A stretch of 64,000 bases of DNA from Vitrella brassicaformis CCMP3155. Lineage: Eukaryota; Protista; Chromerida. How positions within the stretch are numbered: the first letter of the stretch is position 1; each line of letters begins with the position of its first letter. Positions 13,301 through 26,560 of this stretch are shown piece by piece. The notes under the pieces are model-generated. The model saw nothing but the letters and a program-made list of their open reading frames with translations, ran no database searches and had not been told where the DNA came from. The DNA lies in contig CDMY01000227.1 in the NCBI GenBank assembly GCA_001179505.1, forward strand, positions 186,001 to 250,000. The letters are read 5' to 3'. The position numbers and the translations under genes are program-made.

Positions 13301-14606
13301 CCTCCTTTTTCTTCTCTCTTTTTTCCTTTTTCTTGGCGGCGTAGCTGCCCTCGGTGTGGGGAACGGGCATCGATGGCTGGGTGGTGTTGCGGGGGGCCGT
13401 GGTGGGGGTGGGCGGAATCACCTGCACGGACGACTCCTGCGTCCGAGGGGCGGGGTCTGATGGATGGACGGACACATACACACACACACACACACGTGGA
13501 GCGGAGCGTGCGTGTACTGTACGTGGCGGGGCGGGGCGGGAGTGTTCATGCGTTGTGGATGTGTGTGTGTGTGTGTGGTCACCCGTCGTGAGAGGCAGCA
13601 GTGCCACAGCTTCCTTCCTCCTCTCGTCGACCATGTCCTCCCCACTGCCCCAGATGAAGAGCCCCGCCTGCCCGCCCTCGACCACCACATTCTCCGCCCG
13701 AAACACAGCATGGTTGCCGTCGAACGTCCCCGCGTTGGCATGCCACCTCTTGGCGTTGAGCTTCTTCTTGCTGAAAGTGTCCTCGTACAGCGACTCGTAC
13801 GCGAAGCGCAGCGGCAGGAACTTCCACACGCGGGCGTAGTTGATGACCGACGCGGCAGCGAGGGAGGCATGAGATGATGGGGGTGTGAATGTGCCGGCGT
13901 ATGTGGCGAGGGAGGGCGAGACGGGCCAGGTGGCGATGCGCAGGTGCATGGGTGTGTCGAAGTGCTTGGCCACGCTCATGCCCTCCCGGCGAATGAGCTG
14001 CCCGTCGACGTAGAACTCAATGGCGTCGTTCATCCACTCGATGGCGAACCAGTGGAACGGCGACAGGAAGAACTCACCGGAGCCGTCGGAGCTCTCAGTG
14101 ACCATCCCATTGTAATACTCGCTGTAGTAACTCTCCTCCCGCGCCCCAAGAGCCTTGGCGCCCGACTTGTCGCGCCTGCCGGCCAGCACTGTCGGCCGCG
14201 AGCTGTCCTCGAGGGATGGCGGAGGTGGCGGTGTCGGGAGCGGCAGCGGGTAGATGGCATCCTTCCTTTTGGAGCCGTAGATGACATTGGTCTGGATGAA
14301 CGGCCGGTTGGTGTCCCTGTTCATGACCTCCATGCTGATCTCCCGCCATTCGTCGCGGCCGTCCCGCCCGTTGGATGGGTCGGCGAGGTAGACGGCCGTG
14401 ATGACTCCGGGAGAGTCAGACGGCTTCAGCTGGCACTCAAACCGCCCGTACCTGAAGGCATCCTGCGACTGGATCTCCGCCGCTGTGAAGGGTTTCTCCG
14501 ACACCGGCCGCGTCTTGGGTGCCCCATGGCCTGAGAGGGCTGCGAGAAGCCACACGAGTGCTGACCAGACAAACGGCCGAAAAACGGTACTATGCTGGGG
14601 GGACAT
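10351..14606 (-). CDS. Type I membrane protein: signal peptide, circularly permuted GH16 (lichenase-like) domain, charged low-complexity stalk, SEA-like module, TM helix, Ser/Pro-rich cytoplasmic tail
   Basis: Signal peptide MSPQHSTVFRPFVWSALVWLLAALSGHG. GH16 motifs FRYGRFECQLK, EWREISMEV, FHWFAIEW...FYVDGQLIR, INYARVWK, then YEDTF...RWHANAGTFDGN. VTVEAFRQGSVIV is SEA-like. TM helix IPAWVWVLLSGEGLLAVMIIAIVVII followed by the basic stop RRCRAKK. Confidence 0.8.
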
Positions 14607-14988
14607 GTCCGCTGGCCGCGATGGAGCCGCGCAAGGCTCCACGTACCCTCAAGCCATCGTCTTCACGCCCAAAATCGTTTGGCGAGCTTAGCTCGCAGTG
14701 ATTGTTTACAGTGTACGCACGACCTGCCGTTAGCGGCGGGAGATTCGTGATTTCGGCAGTCAAAGACCGCACGAGCGAGGAGGCAAGCACTGCCGCACTA
14801 ATTAGTGAGGAGAGAGGAGGCTGTCTGCGTCGACACACCCATCGGTCGACGCCCCCTCCACTCTCACTCGACATCAGCACAGCACGCCACTTCCGTCTAC
14901 GCACTCCAGACTGTCCGGCAAGCGATACAGCAACACCCAGCCAACCGCAGCCAGCATAGATCAGCTGTGAAGTGACCCCACTCTCTCC

Positions 14989-17900
14989 ATGACGCGGCCA
15001 CCTCCGCGTCGGTGCTGGTCAGCCATCCTCCTATGCGGCCTGGTGGCCGTTGCCGCCGTCAACGCGCAGCAGCAGCAGCAGGGTGTCGGCGGACGCGTGG
15101 GCAACTTCCTGGGGCGCTCCGCTGCGGGCATCCAGAACATCCTCGAAGGTGAGATCACGGGGGTGAAGCTGCTGCAGCCGTTGGTGCCTCATGCATTGTA
15201 CGGGGGACCTTTGTGTGTGTCTCGTGACTGCAGGTAGCATCCTCGACCCCGCCTACATCGGTGCAGGCATCAATGCTGCCGCCCAGACAGCCACAGGTGC
15301 CGCCACCTTTGCCGCCCAGACAGCCACAGATGCCGCCACCACTGCGGGCAAGATGGCCACAGATGCCGCTACCACTGCCGCCCGGACTGCTACAGATGCC
15401 GCCACCACTGCGGGCAAGATGGCCTCAGAGGCCGGCAACCAGATCGCCTACGGCGCCTACCAGGGCCTCCAGGCTGCCGAGGGCGTGGCACAGATGGCCG
15501 CTGTCCAGCTCAACGAGTTCGTCAGGGATCCGCCAACCATCAGTGACATCCGCCAGGAGGCCCGCGGCATGCGCAAGAAGCTGAGCGAGGCCGAGATGAA
15601 GGTCAGGGACAGCGTGGTGTCCCGTCTGGCTGGCGGCGAGCGCGAGTCGGCCATGGGGATCATCAGAAGCATCGGGCCTCTTCGCTCGCCTGCCGTGCTG
15701 GCGGGGGTGGTGGAGGACCTGGTCGGCAAGGAGGACGAGAAGAGCCCCGAGAGATCCTCTCTCGACATCCTCGGAGATGTAAGCAACCTCACACACATAC
15801 TTTTAAGGACTCCTTGTCCATCTGCATGTCCATTGTGTGTCTGTGTTGTGTATGTGTGTCGATCCATCCATCCGTCGATCAGCTGCTGACTGAGCTCCTG
15901 CAGGAGTCCCCCGTGGACACGCAGGCTGCAGCTGCCGCCATCGGCGCGTATTTGCAGTCTCCCAAGCTGCCCGAGAGCGCCGTGTTGGCAGAGTTCATGG
16001 AGCCCTTCATGAACTCCCTCACCGCTGACAACGCCACCAGCATGGCCAAGCAGATCGTCGAGAACGTCGCCGGCACTGAGGCATTCGACACGGTCAGTCA
16101 CTGCACGGCACGCACGCGCACACGTCCCCGGCCATCACCATGGATGGCTTCGTGTGTGGGCGTGTCGTCTAATGTGTGTGGTGCAGGCGCTGGATCTGAT
16201 GAAGCCTCTGGGTTTCGGCGACGTGGTTCCTGAGATGCTGACGAGCATCATGCCCAAGCTGTCGCCCCCCGACATGCTCGCCTTCACCCAATCCGTCACA
16301 CAGGCCATGCCCGTCAAGGAAGCTTCCAAGGTCTTCACCGACGTCCTCGACGGACTCGTAAGCATGACACACACGCACACGAACCAGCCAAGTCCCCCAT
16401 CCCACCAGCACCCACCAAACGTGTCTGTGCTGCGTGTGTCCATCCATTAGGTGTCTGAGAAGGACAGCAGCGGGGTCGCGGCGGCCGTGACCGCCCTTGT
16501 GGCGGCGCTGCCCTTCACGGCCGACAAGAATAGCACAAGTGAGGACGAGGGCGACATCATCACCCTGCCCTCTCTCCTGGGCGAGATGCTCCCCGCCGTC
16601 AAGCCTGACACTCTCACCGCCACCGCAGCGCAGCTCCTCATGCTCTTCGAGATTCCCGCGTTCGCACAAGTCATGGGTCAGTCAGAGGCACACACACACA
16701 CACAAACACACACTGCACATGCGTTTCTCTCCCTTGTCCGTCCAGCGCCGGTCGTGAAGGAGGCCGAGTCGCCAGCCAAGTTTGTCAACTCGCTGGTGGC
16801 TTCGCTCGAGAGCATCCTGGCCCCCAACGAGCTCACCGAGGTCGTGAAGGCGATCCTCACTGTGCCGTCGCTCGCCGAGAAGGAGCTCATCCAACCAGTA
16901 AGTGCACCCATCACCATCGACTCCACTGCTCCACCTCAGGCCGTGTCTCAGGTGCTCGAGACGCTCACCGGCGAGATGACGTCGGCAAAGGAGGCTGAGG
17001 AGGGCGGCCGTCCTGCCCTGGTGTCGCTGATGAAGGGCATCTTGACCGAGAGCGACATCACCAGCCTCCTGGACTTCCCGTCAAGGGTCAACATCATGAA
17101 GAGCACGCTCGAAGCCGTCCCCGACGAGCAGTCATTCATCAGTAAGGAAGGCCTCCACTCACTCCCTCCACAGCACTGGCGCCACATGCACACATCTCGC
17201 CTCCCTCGTGTGTCTCTCCCCCCCACCCCACCCCACCACCCTGACAGAGGAGGTTGTGGCTGGTTTCAACGACAGCGACACCAGCATCCCGCAGGAGGTG
17301 GCTAACCTGCTGGGCGGCCTGCTCGCCAAGCCGTCGATCGTGGAGGTGTACCCCACGCAGCTGGTCAACCAGATCGTGTGGAACACCGACCCCACCAATC
17401 TCTCCAGGAGCCTCAAGCTCATCGCCCGCGACCTGCCCGCGGCTATCGGCAACGCCACGGAGCCCATCCAGAAGGTCACCAGCCACGTACTGGCGGCCTC
17501 ACCTGTCGCTGCGGACGACATCAAGGAGGTGCTCGGCGAGATGAGCGAGAAGCTGGGTGCTGAGGCGGTGGTTGAGAGCGTTGTCGGAGCGCTCCAGTGG
17601 CCCAAGTCGGAGGACGAGGCTCGTGACTATATCAACGACATCCTCGGTGAGTGCCGCGCACGGGACAGCTGTGCATTCCGCAGTGGATGTGTGTCGTGAT
17701 GTGGTGTCTTGTGTGTGTGCAGGTGGTCTGTTGAAGTTGGGTGATCCGTCGCTGATCCACGACCTGATCGCCAAGCTGGTGGACCACCTGCCCGGCAAGG
17801 AGGTGCTCCACCTGCTGGACCCCTACCTCAAGCTGCTCGACCCTGCCGACCTCGAGAAGGTAGGTGCCCACCCATCCCACTCCCCTCACCCCCCACGCTA

Positions 17901-19652
17901 TGCACACCACACCACACCACCCACACACAGACAGAGGGACAGATTGGTGTATGTATCCGTGTATGTCTTGCCCACCCCTGCTGCGCTGCACTCACAGATC
18001 TTTGCGCACATTCTGCCCGATGACTTGCTGAAGCTGCCTGAGACCCTGGACCCGCTGAAGCTCTTGGACTTCATGCTCGACTTCGCCGCGCACCTGGACA
18101 TGGACCTCAACAACATCAAGGACATCTTCGTCGATGCCGCTGTGAGAATCGGTGAGCATTGGGATGCCAACAGACACCTGGAGAGGGTGAGAAACCGCCG
18201 TGTGCATATGTGTGTGTGTGTGTGTGTGTGTGTTTCTTCAGCTAAGGTGCTCGGTGACGCGGTTGACCTGGACTACTTCTACTCTGTGTGCGTGAAGCTG
18301 TTCCGCATGTTCGAGCACCCGGAGGACATCCTGGCGATTCTCAGGCCCATTCTCGACCACCTGCCGTTCGATCAGCTCGTCAACGTAACCGCAACACACC
18401 ACACCGCACCACACCACAACACACCGTGCGTGTCCGTCATACGCCGTCCGTCATGTGTATTTCTGTGTGTTGCATGCAGGCCCTGGTCGACCTGTCGTAC
18501 AGGCTTACGGAGATCGTCAACGCTGACGACGTTGGCCTCGTCTTCGCTCAAATCATTGGCAACGAGGTATATATCTCATGTCATGTCACGTCACATGCAC
18601 TGCAGACAGACCGTGTGTCACTCACTTTGTCTGTCGTGTGCTGTGCTGTGGTGCAGTTCCTGAAGGTCACGAGTGACGCCACTGCGGTGCTGGAGCTGAC
18701 TCACGCCATCATCGACCACCTGCCCAAGCCCATCCTGCCGCATTTCATCGCCGAGCTGTTCATGTACAGCCTGGATGACCTCAAGCGCGAGACCACCATC
18801 AAGGGCCTGGTGTCTGAGGTCCTGCACGTGCTCATCATCGCCATCGAGGACCAGGAGGAGATCGCCAAGGAGGTCATCTCCCTGCTCATCAACCCACTCA
18901 GTGCACTCCCCGCTGAGGAGGTCGGCGAGGTGAGACAGACGAGACAAGACATCACCACACACACACACACACACACATACACCGACTCAATGTGCGCCTC
19001 GCTGTGCTGTACGCAGTTTGTGAAGCATCTGGTGACGAACAGCATCAAGGTGCACGCGAAGAACATCCAGATCGTCCTGGACTTCCTGGGCGACCTGCTC
19101 TTCTTCGACGACATCCACACGCTCCTCAGCCCCGCAACCTACCTCCGTCTCCTAAAGGACATCTGCGAATTGGCCCCACACGAGCTCATCGAGAAGATCT
19201 TTCACAGCAGATTCGTCATCAGGCTCGTCGATGCCGCCGTGGCGGTCCCGGCTGTGTTCGGCGACCTGATCCATCTGCTGATCGACCTGGGCAAGGTGCC
19301 CGTGGAGCTCGTCGTTGAGTGCATCGGCCGCGTCATCCACTCCATCGACGTCGAGGAACTCCTCAAGGTAGATGAGATCAGACGACGGACCGACACGCAC
19401 AGACAGACAGAGAGAGTGGGAGCGTCTGGTCAAATACGTCGTCTGTCTCTATTTGCCGTGCCATGCAGATCTTCGCGGACGTGGCGCTGCGTCTGGCCGA
19501 TGCTGGCAAGGACCTGGCTGTCAGGGTCCACAAGGTGCTCGGTGGCCTGGTGGTTCACGCCGTCGACTTCGCCGCGGGCGGTCTGGACGCGCTGCTGCAC
19601 CTCTTCACCGCCGCCCTCGAGCTCATCAAGCTCCCAGAAGTCTTCATCCGTA

Positions 19653-19686
<34 letters not shown>

Positions 19687-22600
19687 GCGGGGGGCTGGGC
19701 GGGGGCCGTGCGGCCATTGATTGAGGTGGGGCGTGTGTGTGTTTGTGGGTCGGTGTAGGTGCCGTGTTTGAGGAGTTGGTCAAGGTGATCCATGACGGCG
19801 TCGCGCTGGTGGAGGCGATCATCCACCTGATCCCCGCCATCAAGATCGAGATCCCCGCACTGGCCGACATCCTCCGGCCCATCATCCACGTCCTCAAGCC
19901 CGACCACCTCCTCATGGTCAGTCAGGGAGCCAACGCAGCACCCACCACCCTTAAGACGAACAGCCGGCCATGATATTCGTGTCTCTGTGTGGCATGACAT
20001 GAGTGCAGCTGATTGACGGGCTGTTGGGTATGGTGAGATCTGTGTCGATCGACATCCATGCTCTGCTGGAGAAGATCTTCGCGGAGGGCACCGCTGCGCT
20101 CAAGGCCCTCATCGCCCTGCCTGTGACTGTCCTGTACGACCTCCTGCCTACGCTGTACGACATCGGCAAGATCGTTGAGCACGTCCTGGTGGGTCTCCAT
20201 GAAAGACTTCCCGCTGTCGACTTCGAGGCTTTCATCAGTAGGCCATCCCATTCCCCAGGCACACACACACCCCACCGCCCACATCCCCGCAAACGTGTGT
20301 GTGTGGCGTGCGTGTGTGTTGTGCAGAGCATCTGCTGTCGATTGTCGAGCTCCCCCACGCATTCATCAAGCATGTCATCGACACCATCATCAGATACAGC
20401 CTGATGCCCCTCGAGCACCTCCGCGCGATCATCAAGCCCCTCATCCCCGACATGCTCAGCCACATCCGGCACGAGTCGGAGGGCAACAACAACAAGACGG
20501 AGGACTTCGACCTCACCGACCCCCTGGCCTTCCTCAGCCTTGACGCCCTCCTCGAGAACGAGCCCAAGATCGCCGGCGAGTTCCTCGGCAGCGCCATCAA
20601 CCTTGCCGAGTTCCCCGCCGATGCGGCCGCTGCACTGGGCTACGGCGTCGTCAGCGCGCTCCTCCCGGATGCTGAGAAGCTCAGCGAGTTCGTCGGTAAG
20701 GAGGATGTCGACCAATGGGCTCATGTATGGTATGGGTGTGTCCATACGTGGCTTGGCTTGTCTCTGCTGTCGTGTGATGTGAACGTGTCTGTCAGAGGTG
20801 GTGATCTCTGAGGTCGAGTCGTTTGAGAACTTCTACACCTCAGCGCTCGCTCCCTTGGTGAAGCTGGCGGGCCCCCAGCCGGCCGTCGAGGTCATGGAAC
20901 CCATCATCACCAAATCCGACCAAAGGGTAAGCACCGACCGACCCCCCCATGAATCTATATGGTACCCATCTCTCCTTGTTTGCTGCACGCAGGATCTCTT
21001 CCTGGAGTCCCTGACTGAGGCGCTCACGGAAGCCGAGGAGGATCTCGACCAGTTCGTCGAGGACCTCATCGCCGCGCCAGGCTTCCTCCTCTCCTTCGAG
21101 GCCGAGAAGATGGCCCCCATCGTGGCAAAGGTCCTCGGCAAGGAGGACAGCAGCAAGGAGAACAAGGACAGGAAGGAGAAAGAGGACCCCTCTGGCCTGG
21201 GCCGCGTGTACGACTTCCTGAAGCAGGCTGGCGGCGTGCTGGAGACTGAGAAGATGGGCGAGCTCCTGGGGCGGGTGATGGACATCCTGCCTGAGAAGGA
21301 GGGGCTTGAGATCATCACGGCCATCCCGGATGTCTTCACCGAGGACGTCCTGCCTGGCATGCTCAGTAAGACCTTACCGACAAGAGACACACACCTTACG
21401 ACACGCACACCACATCTGATTGGTTGTGTTGTGTGTGATGACATCCATCAGAGTCGACCATGGGTGCTGTGAGTGATGTGGAGGGACTCATCCGTGACGT
21501 CGCCAAGACGTGGGGCGCGACCCTCGAGCCAACAGCCCTGGCCGGCGCCATCGGGGAGACCCTCAAGGCCGCCACACCCGAAGTCGTCATCGAGGTATAC
21601 ACAGCACAGCACACCACACCACACCCACGAGTGTCTCGCCCATCCCTTCCTCTTTGCAACTTTCAGGCCATCCCGGCGATAGTGACAGAGCTGGAGGCGC
21701 CCCGGCTGCGCAGCGCCCTGTCTGAGGGTATCCTGCCGGTGGCCGCCCTGCAGAATGCGAACCTGCCCAAGGTGCTGGAGCAGCTGCCCTCATTCGGCCT
21801 CGACCACTCGTCCATGTACGCTCTCATGAACGTCATGCTCAGCCCGCTGCTGACGGGCGAGAGGGAGAAGCTCGCCTTCACCGACATGAAGGACACATGG
21901 AAGGAGGATGAGATCGCCGTGGCCGTGCAGGTCAGTTCAGTCAGGAGTCGATCGATGGTCGCGTGCGGTTTGCGCATGTGGTGGTCTGTCTGATTGGATT
22001 GTGTGTTCTCGGTCGGTTTGTTTGTTTATGCTTGCGCATTGCAGAAGCTGGTGCCGTACGACGTGTTTGGCTACTTTGAGAAGTTCACGTCTTCCCTGTT
22101 CACGCCACTGGGTGTGATCGAGAAGGTCGATGACGTCCCCGAGGAGCTGTACACCACCTTCAAGTCCTTCGTCAACGCCTTCGACTTCGTCCCCAGAAAA
22201 GTCCTCGCACAGACCATCGGTCGGCCAACACAGATCAATCAGCCCAGCCCACCACACGATGAAGCACGAGTGCGCAATCCTTTTCTTTCCTTGCCTGTCT
22301 TGCCTGTCTGTGTGGTCACTCAGCGCCTGAGCTGGAGGCGGTTCCCGAGCAGGTGTTTGAGGACGTGATGGGCGGCATGTTCTCCCAGTTCCCCATTGAC
22401 CAGGCGGCCAGCTTAATGAGAGACATCCTGCCCTCCCTCCCCAAGGGCATCTCCCCCGTCTCGCTCTCCAGCACCCTCTTCAACCGCGCCAGGCCTGCCC
22501 AGAGAGCCGGCATAGTCCGGTACGCCAACGCAATATAGACAGACCCACCACTTCTCTCCCGTGATGTGATCATCCTGCGCCTCTGCTTCTTCCTTCCAGC

Positions 22601-24540
22601 GGTCTGTTTGACGGCCTTCCGTCGGTGGGTGGTCTGCGTGGTCAGCTGCTGGGCGGCCTGATGCCCCGCATCCTGCCCGAGTCAGAGGTGCGCGGCTTCA
22701 TCCTCAGCGCCAGGAGGGCCCGCAAGGCTGCCAAGGTGGAGGAGGAGGTCAACGAGATCCTGTCCCCGCTGCTGGCCAAGATCGTGGCCGGCCTCACCGA
22801 GGACGAGCTCAAGGCGGTCTTCACCGAGCTGTTGGACAGGACGGAGCGAAACCTCAATGAAGTTATCCCCGCCTCACGTATGCATGGACAGCTCAAAGAC
22901 AGGCGATGTGTGGAGGCGATATATGCACAGCCCATTCCCTTCATGTGTTGGTGTTGGGTGTTTGTTCGTTCGCTTGTGTCAGTGCCGCTGGTGGCGGTGT
23001 CGCCCACTGAGAAGGCCCCCCGTGTGGTGAGTGTCCTGTTCACTGAGCTCGGCTCCGACAGCTCAGCTGACTTCCTGGAGATGCTGGTGGCCAAGGAAGG
23101 CGACTCGTTCCTGGCGGACAAGTACGGCCTGGGCGACATGAGTGTGCTGCGGGAGGTCTTCACCTCCTACCTCGATACCTTCAAGGAGGAGGAGGGAATC
23201 GCCGAGAAATTCACGTAACCACCGCACCGCCACACACAAAGCCCGTACGTACGTGCAGCCCTCATGTTTTGTGTGTGTGTGTGTGTTGTCTGTCTATCAG
23301 TGGCACGTTTGAGAAGGCCACTGACGAGCTGGTTCGCGGCTTCATCCTGTTCCTGACGCTTGACGACCCGTTCGCCAAGGGTGAGGACGACCACCTCTCT
23401 CGCACGTACGGCGGCGTCAAGATGGCCGACATCGTCCGTGAGATGGGCGACCAGGTCATCGACAAGGCCCACACCATGAGCGCAGACACCGTCGAGAAGG
23501 CCGAGGAGGTCAGCCAGTGGCTCGACGGGGAGGTCAAGAGGCTCGTCGAGTACGTCGCCGACCAGGGACATGAGCTTGGCGACAAGTTCGGTAGGCAGCC
23601 CAGCCGCTCACACGCACGGCCGCAGAACATCCTTCCCCCGTGTGTGTCATGTAGATGAGGTGGTTGCGTCGCTTGACCCCTCCAACGAGCTGGATTACTT
23701 CCTCTCGTCTTTGTTCGGCGAGCTGGGCCACGACAGGTCGATGGAGCTGCTGACAGACTTCCTGAAGCAGCCCGAGGCCGAGCTCAAGAAGGTCGGCGGA
23801 TCCAGCATGGGCAAGGTCCTCCTCTCCTTCGCTGCCGCATTCACCGAGCAGGAGTCCATCGCCAAGGACTTCGAGTACGATACGCCATGCGAGAGAGAGA
23901 CACCACCACAACACACACACACACGTGTCACCCATCTCTCTCGCTCTCTCCCTCGTCTGCTTGTCGCCATTTCAGGAAACTCTTGCTGATGCTGGATCCA
24001 CAGCAGCTGGTCCCCTCTCTCCAGGCCCTGTTTGAGCCCGAGGAGGAGGAGATGGACAGCCGGCTGTCGCTCAAGCTCGGCAAGCACACCGTCAAGTCGC
24101 TCTTCGCCGACGCCTATCAGCACGCGGCTGCCGAGGCCGAGAAGATCACCCAGACCGTGAGCGGCGTGGCCAAGGGCATCCGTGTCCCCGACATGCCCAT
24201 CATCAAGGGCCTGCCCATCCCGGAGGTCGATGTCATCGAGACCAAGAAGGAGAAGAAGTCCGAGGGAGACAAGAAGAAGGGCAAGCAGGAGGCGGACGTG
24301 GGGAGCTTCGTCAAGAACATGATCAACACCACCGACGAGAGGATGCTGCCCGCGGTGGTGGCTGGGCTGCTGCCGGCGATCGACCCCTCTGACCAGGCGA
24401 AGATGGTGCCGGTGCTGGGCAAGGAGCTGCTGAGCCAGCTGCCGGAGGGCGTGCTGAAGGCGCAGGTCAAGGGCAAGAGCGTCAAGGGACTCATCGGCGA
24501 TGCCATCACCGAGGCCGAGAAGGAGAAGCAGAAGGAATAA
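14989..24540 (+). CDS. Very large (roughly 2,200-2,400 aa, estimated) secreted, acidic, all-alpha-helical protein of unknown function, with more than 30 exons
   Basis: Signal peptide MTRPPPRRCWSAILLCGLVAVAAVNA. A continuous run of strongly C/G3-biased exons bounded by GT-AG introns, ending at ...EKEKQKE* (24540). Recurrent amphipathic helices and DHLP-type motifs. Confidence 0.75.
15278..15442 (+). repeat. Five 33-bp coding repeats (11-aa units such as AAQTATDAATT and AGKMATDAATT)
   Basis: Translation AAQTATGAATF AAQTATDAATT AGKMATDAATT AARTATDAATT AGKMASEAGNQ. Confidence 0.85.
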
Positions 24541-25560
24541 GCCTGCGTGCGTGCATGCGATGCGTGTTGTAATATCAATCAATGTGCCGTGTTGTGTTTA
24601 TTTATCTAAGGCAATGGATTTGCTTTTAGGAGTTCAGCTCAGCTCATGTCTCTCTCACTCTCTCTCCCTCTCTCTCTCCTCTCTCTCTCTCTCCCCGATG
24701 TGTGTGTGTGTGTGGGGCGGAGGGGTGGGCAGTTCCGTGCCCCCTCTCTCTGTCCCCACGAGATGCAATTTTCGATGGATGACGAGGCACATCGTGTTCG
24801 CGTGTGGCCAGCCAGCCTGTGTGTCTCTTGTCAGCCTGTCAGCCTGCCTGCCAGCCTGCCTGCCTGCCTGCCTGCCTTGGTGTCTGTCTGAGTGTCTGTC
24901 TGTCTGGTGTGTCTGGTTGGTGTGCGGAACGAAAGAGTGACGCAGCCGACGTGTCGTCTCGTCTGCGTGTTGCGTGGGGTGCTCGTTGGGCGGTGGGGTG
25001 GTGTACAGGAGCTTCGCTTCCTTCGCCGTAGCAGACCATACCATACCGTACCGTTTGTGTAGATAGATAGCCAGGAATGGGAATGAGAGAAAGAAACAAA
25101 GAGGACGGACAGACAGGGTAAGGGACCGACGTAGGTACGGATTTTTGTTAGATTGTTCTTTCTCCTCTCTCTCACTTCGCTTCATGTATTGATTGTATGT
25201 ACTATCACATGAATAATGAATGAACACCGCACCGCCCCGCACCGCCCCCGACCGGCCGGCCACCTGTCTGTCTGTCTGCATGTCTGTCTGTCTGATCCAT
25301 GGCATCCATCCATCCATCCGTCCCTCCCTTTATGTACATATTTGTACATCCGTTCGTTGGTTCGGTTCTGTGCAGCATAAATTAATATCCTCCCATCCAT
25401 ATTGATTGATTGCCCAACACGTGTGTGTATGGGGAGGAAGACGTGACGTGGGTGAGGTGAGTGAGGTGCGTGGTGGGGTGTGGTGCTGCATTGACCTCAT
25501 CGCACTTGCCTGCCATGCCCTGCCATACCGACCAAACCGACCGAAGTGGGTGGGAGCCCC

Positions 25561-25587
25561 CAGACAGACAGACAGACAGACAGACAG
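25561..25587. repeat. (CAGA)n microsatellite, representative of the SSR-rich 24.5-26.1 kb intergenic block
   Basis: Read directly. The block also holds (CCTG)n, (CGGTG)n, (CTTCCTGC)n and (CT)n runs. Confidence 0.9.
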
Positions 25588-26560
25588 CCAGACAGCCATG
25601 TCGCCATGCGCACGTCTCGCCCCTCCCCTCGTTCTTCCTTCCCTTTATCTACCGACCTGCTGTTTTCGCCCATCTCATCTGTTCTTTTCTATTATGTATG
25701 CTGTCTGTTATGTCGTTTCCATCGCAAATTCGCGTGGTGATGCACACCTGCCTACCCCAGATACATACTTCGCCACGCCACCACACATCCCACCACACCA
25801 CAGACAGGACGTCTGGCTCGACAGATAGATATATGATTGATTGCCTTATTTTTGGTGGTTGGTTCTTCTCATCCTAACACTGTGGCGGGTGGGGGTACGG
25901 TGCGGTGCGGTGCGGTGGTTTATGGATCATGGCTTGGCTTTGTGTGTGTGACATGACGCGATGCGTGTAGAGGTAGACATACGTAGGTTGGGATGATAAG
26001 AGACGGGGTTTGCCTTCCTGCCTTCCTGCCTTCCTGCCTGCCTGCCTGCCGCTACCCTACCTAGCTACATGACAATGAATGGAATGTGACACTGACACTC
26101 TCACTCTCTCGTATACTCGCTCATCATCCAGTAGATATTGATTTCCACTAAGATTGCCATGTCAGCTGCAGCCTCCTGACGGTCCGGTCCTCCTCCATCC
26201 TCTCGCCCCTCATCCAGCGCCCTTGCACGCGGCCATTCCAGACACTCACGCATACCGGGTAGGCGCCGTGCAAAAACCGCAAGCAAGGGATCACAAAGGA
26301 TGGACGAACCAAGCACCTTGCCAGACAAGGATGGACCCTTACACTCTTCTCACTCGGGCAGCACCGCACATGGGCCGATTTCCCCCATCAATGGCGCCCA
26401 TATACGTTGGTCGCGCATCTTCAATGCAGAGAGGCGAGACCAGCGTACACGACCCCCATCGAAACGGAGAAAGCTGCCACACGGCCGCCCGGCCCTCACG
26501 CCACTCGCTTAGACACAGGCACACCACCCACCCAGGTACCAACATAAGTACACAGGTCAG

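Noticed and set aside
12172-13591. Long plus-strand shadow ORFs (390 aa, 275 aa) over the GH16 stalk, and many similar 100-330 aa antisense ORFs elsewhere
   Set aside because: These are reverse-frame shadows of GC3-biased, low-complexity coding sequence.
26101-26545. Small ORFs downstream of the P450-rhodanese stop
   Set aside because: No consistent codon bias or motif. Probably 3' UTR or intergenic sequence.
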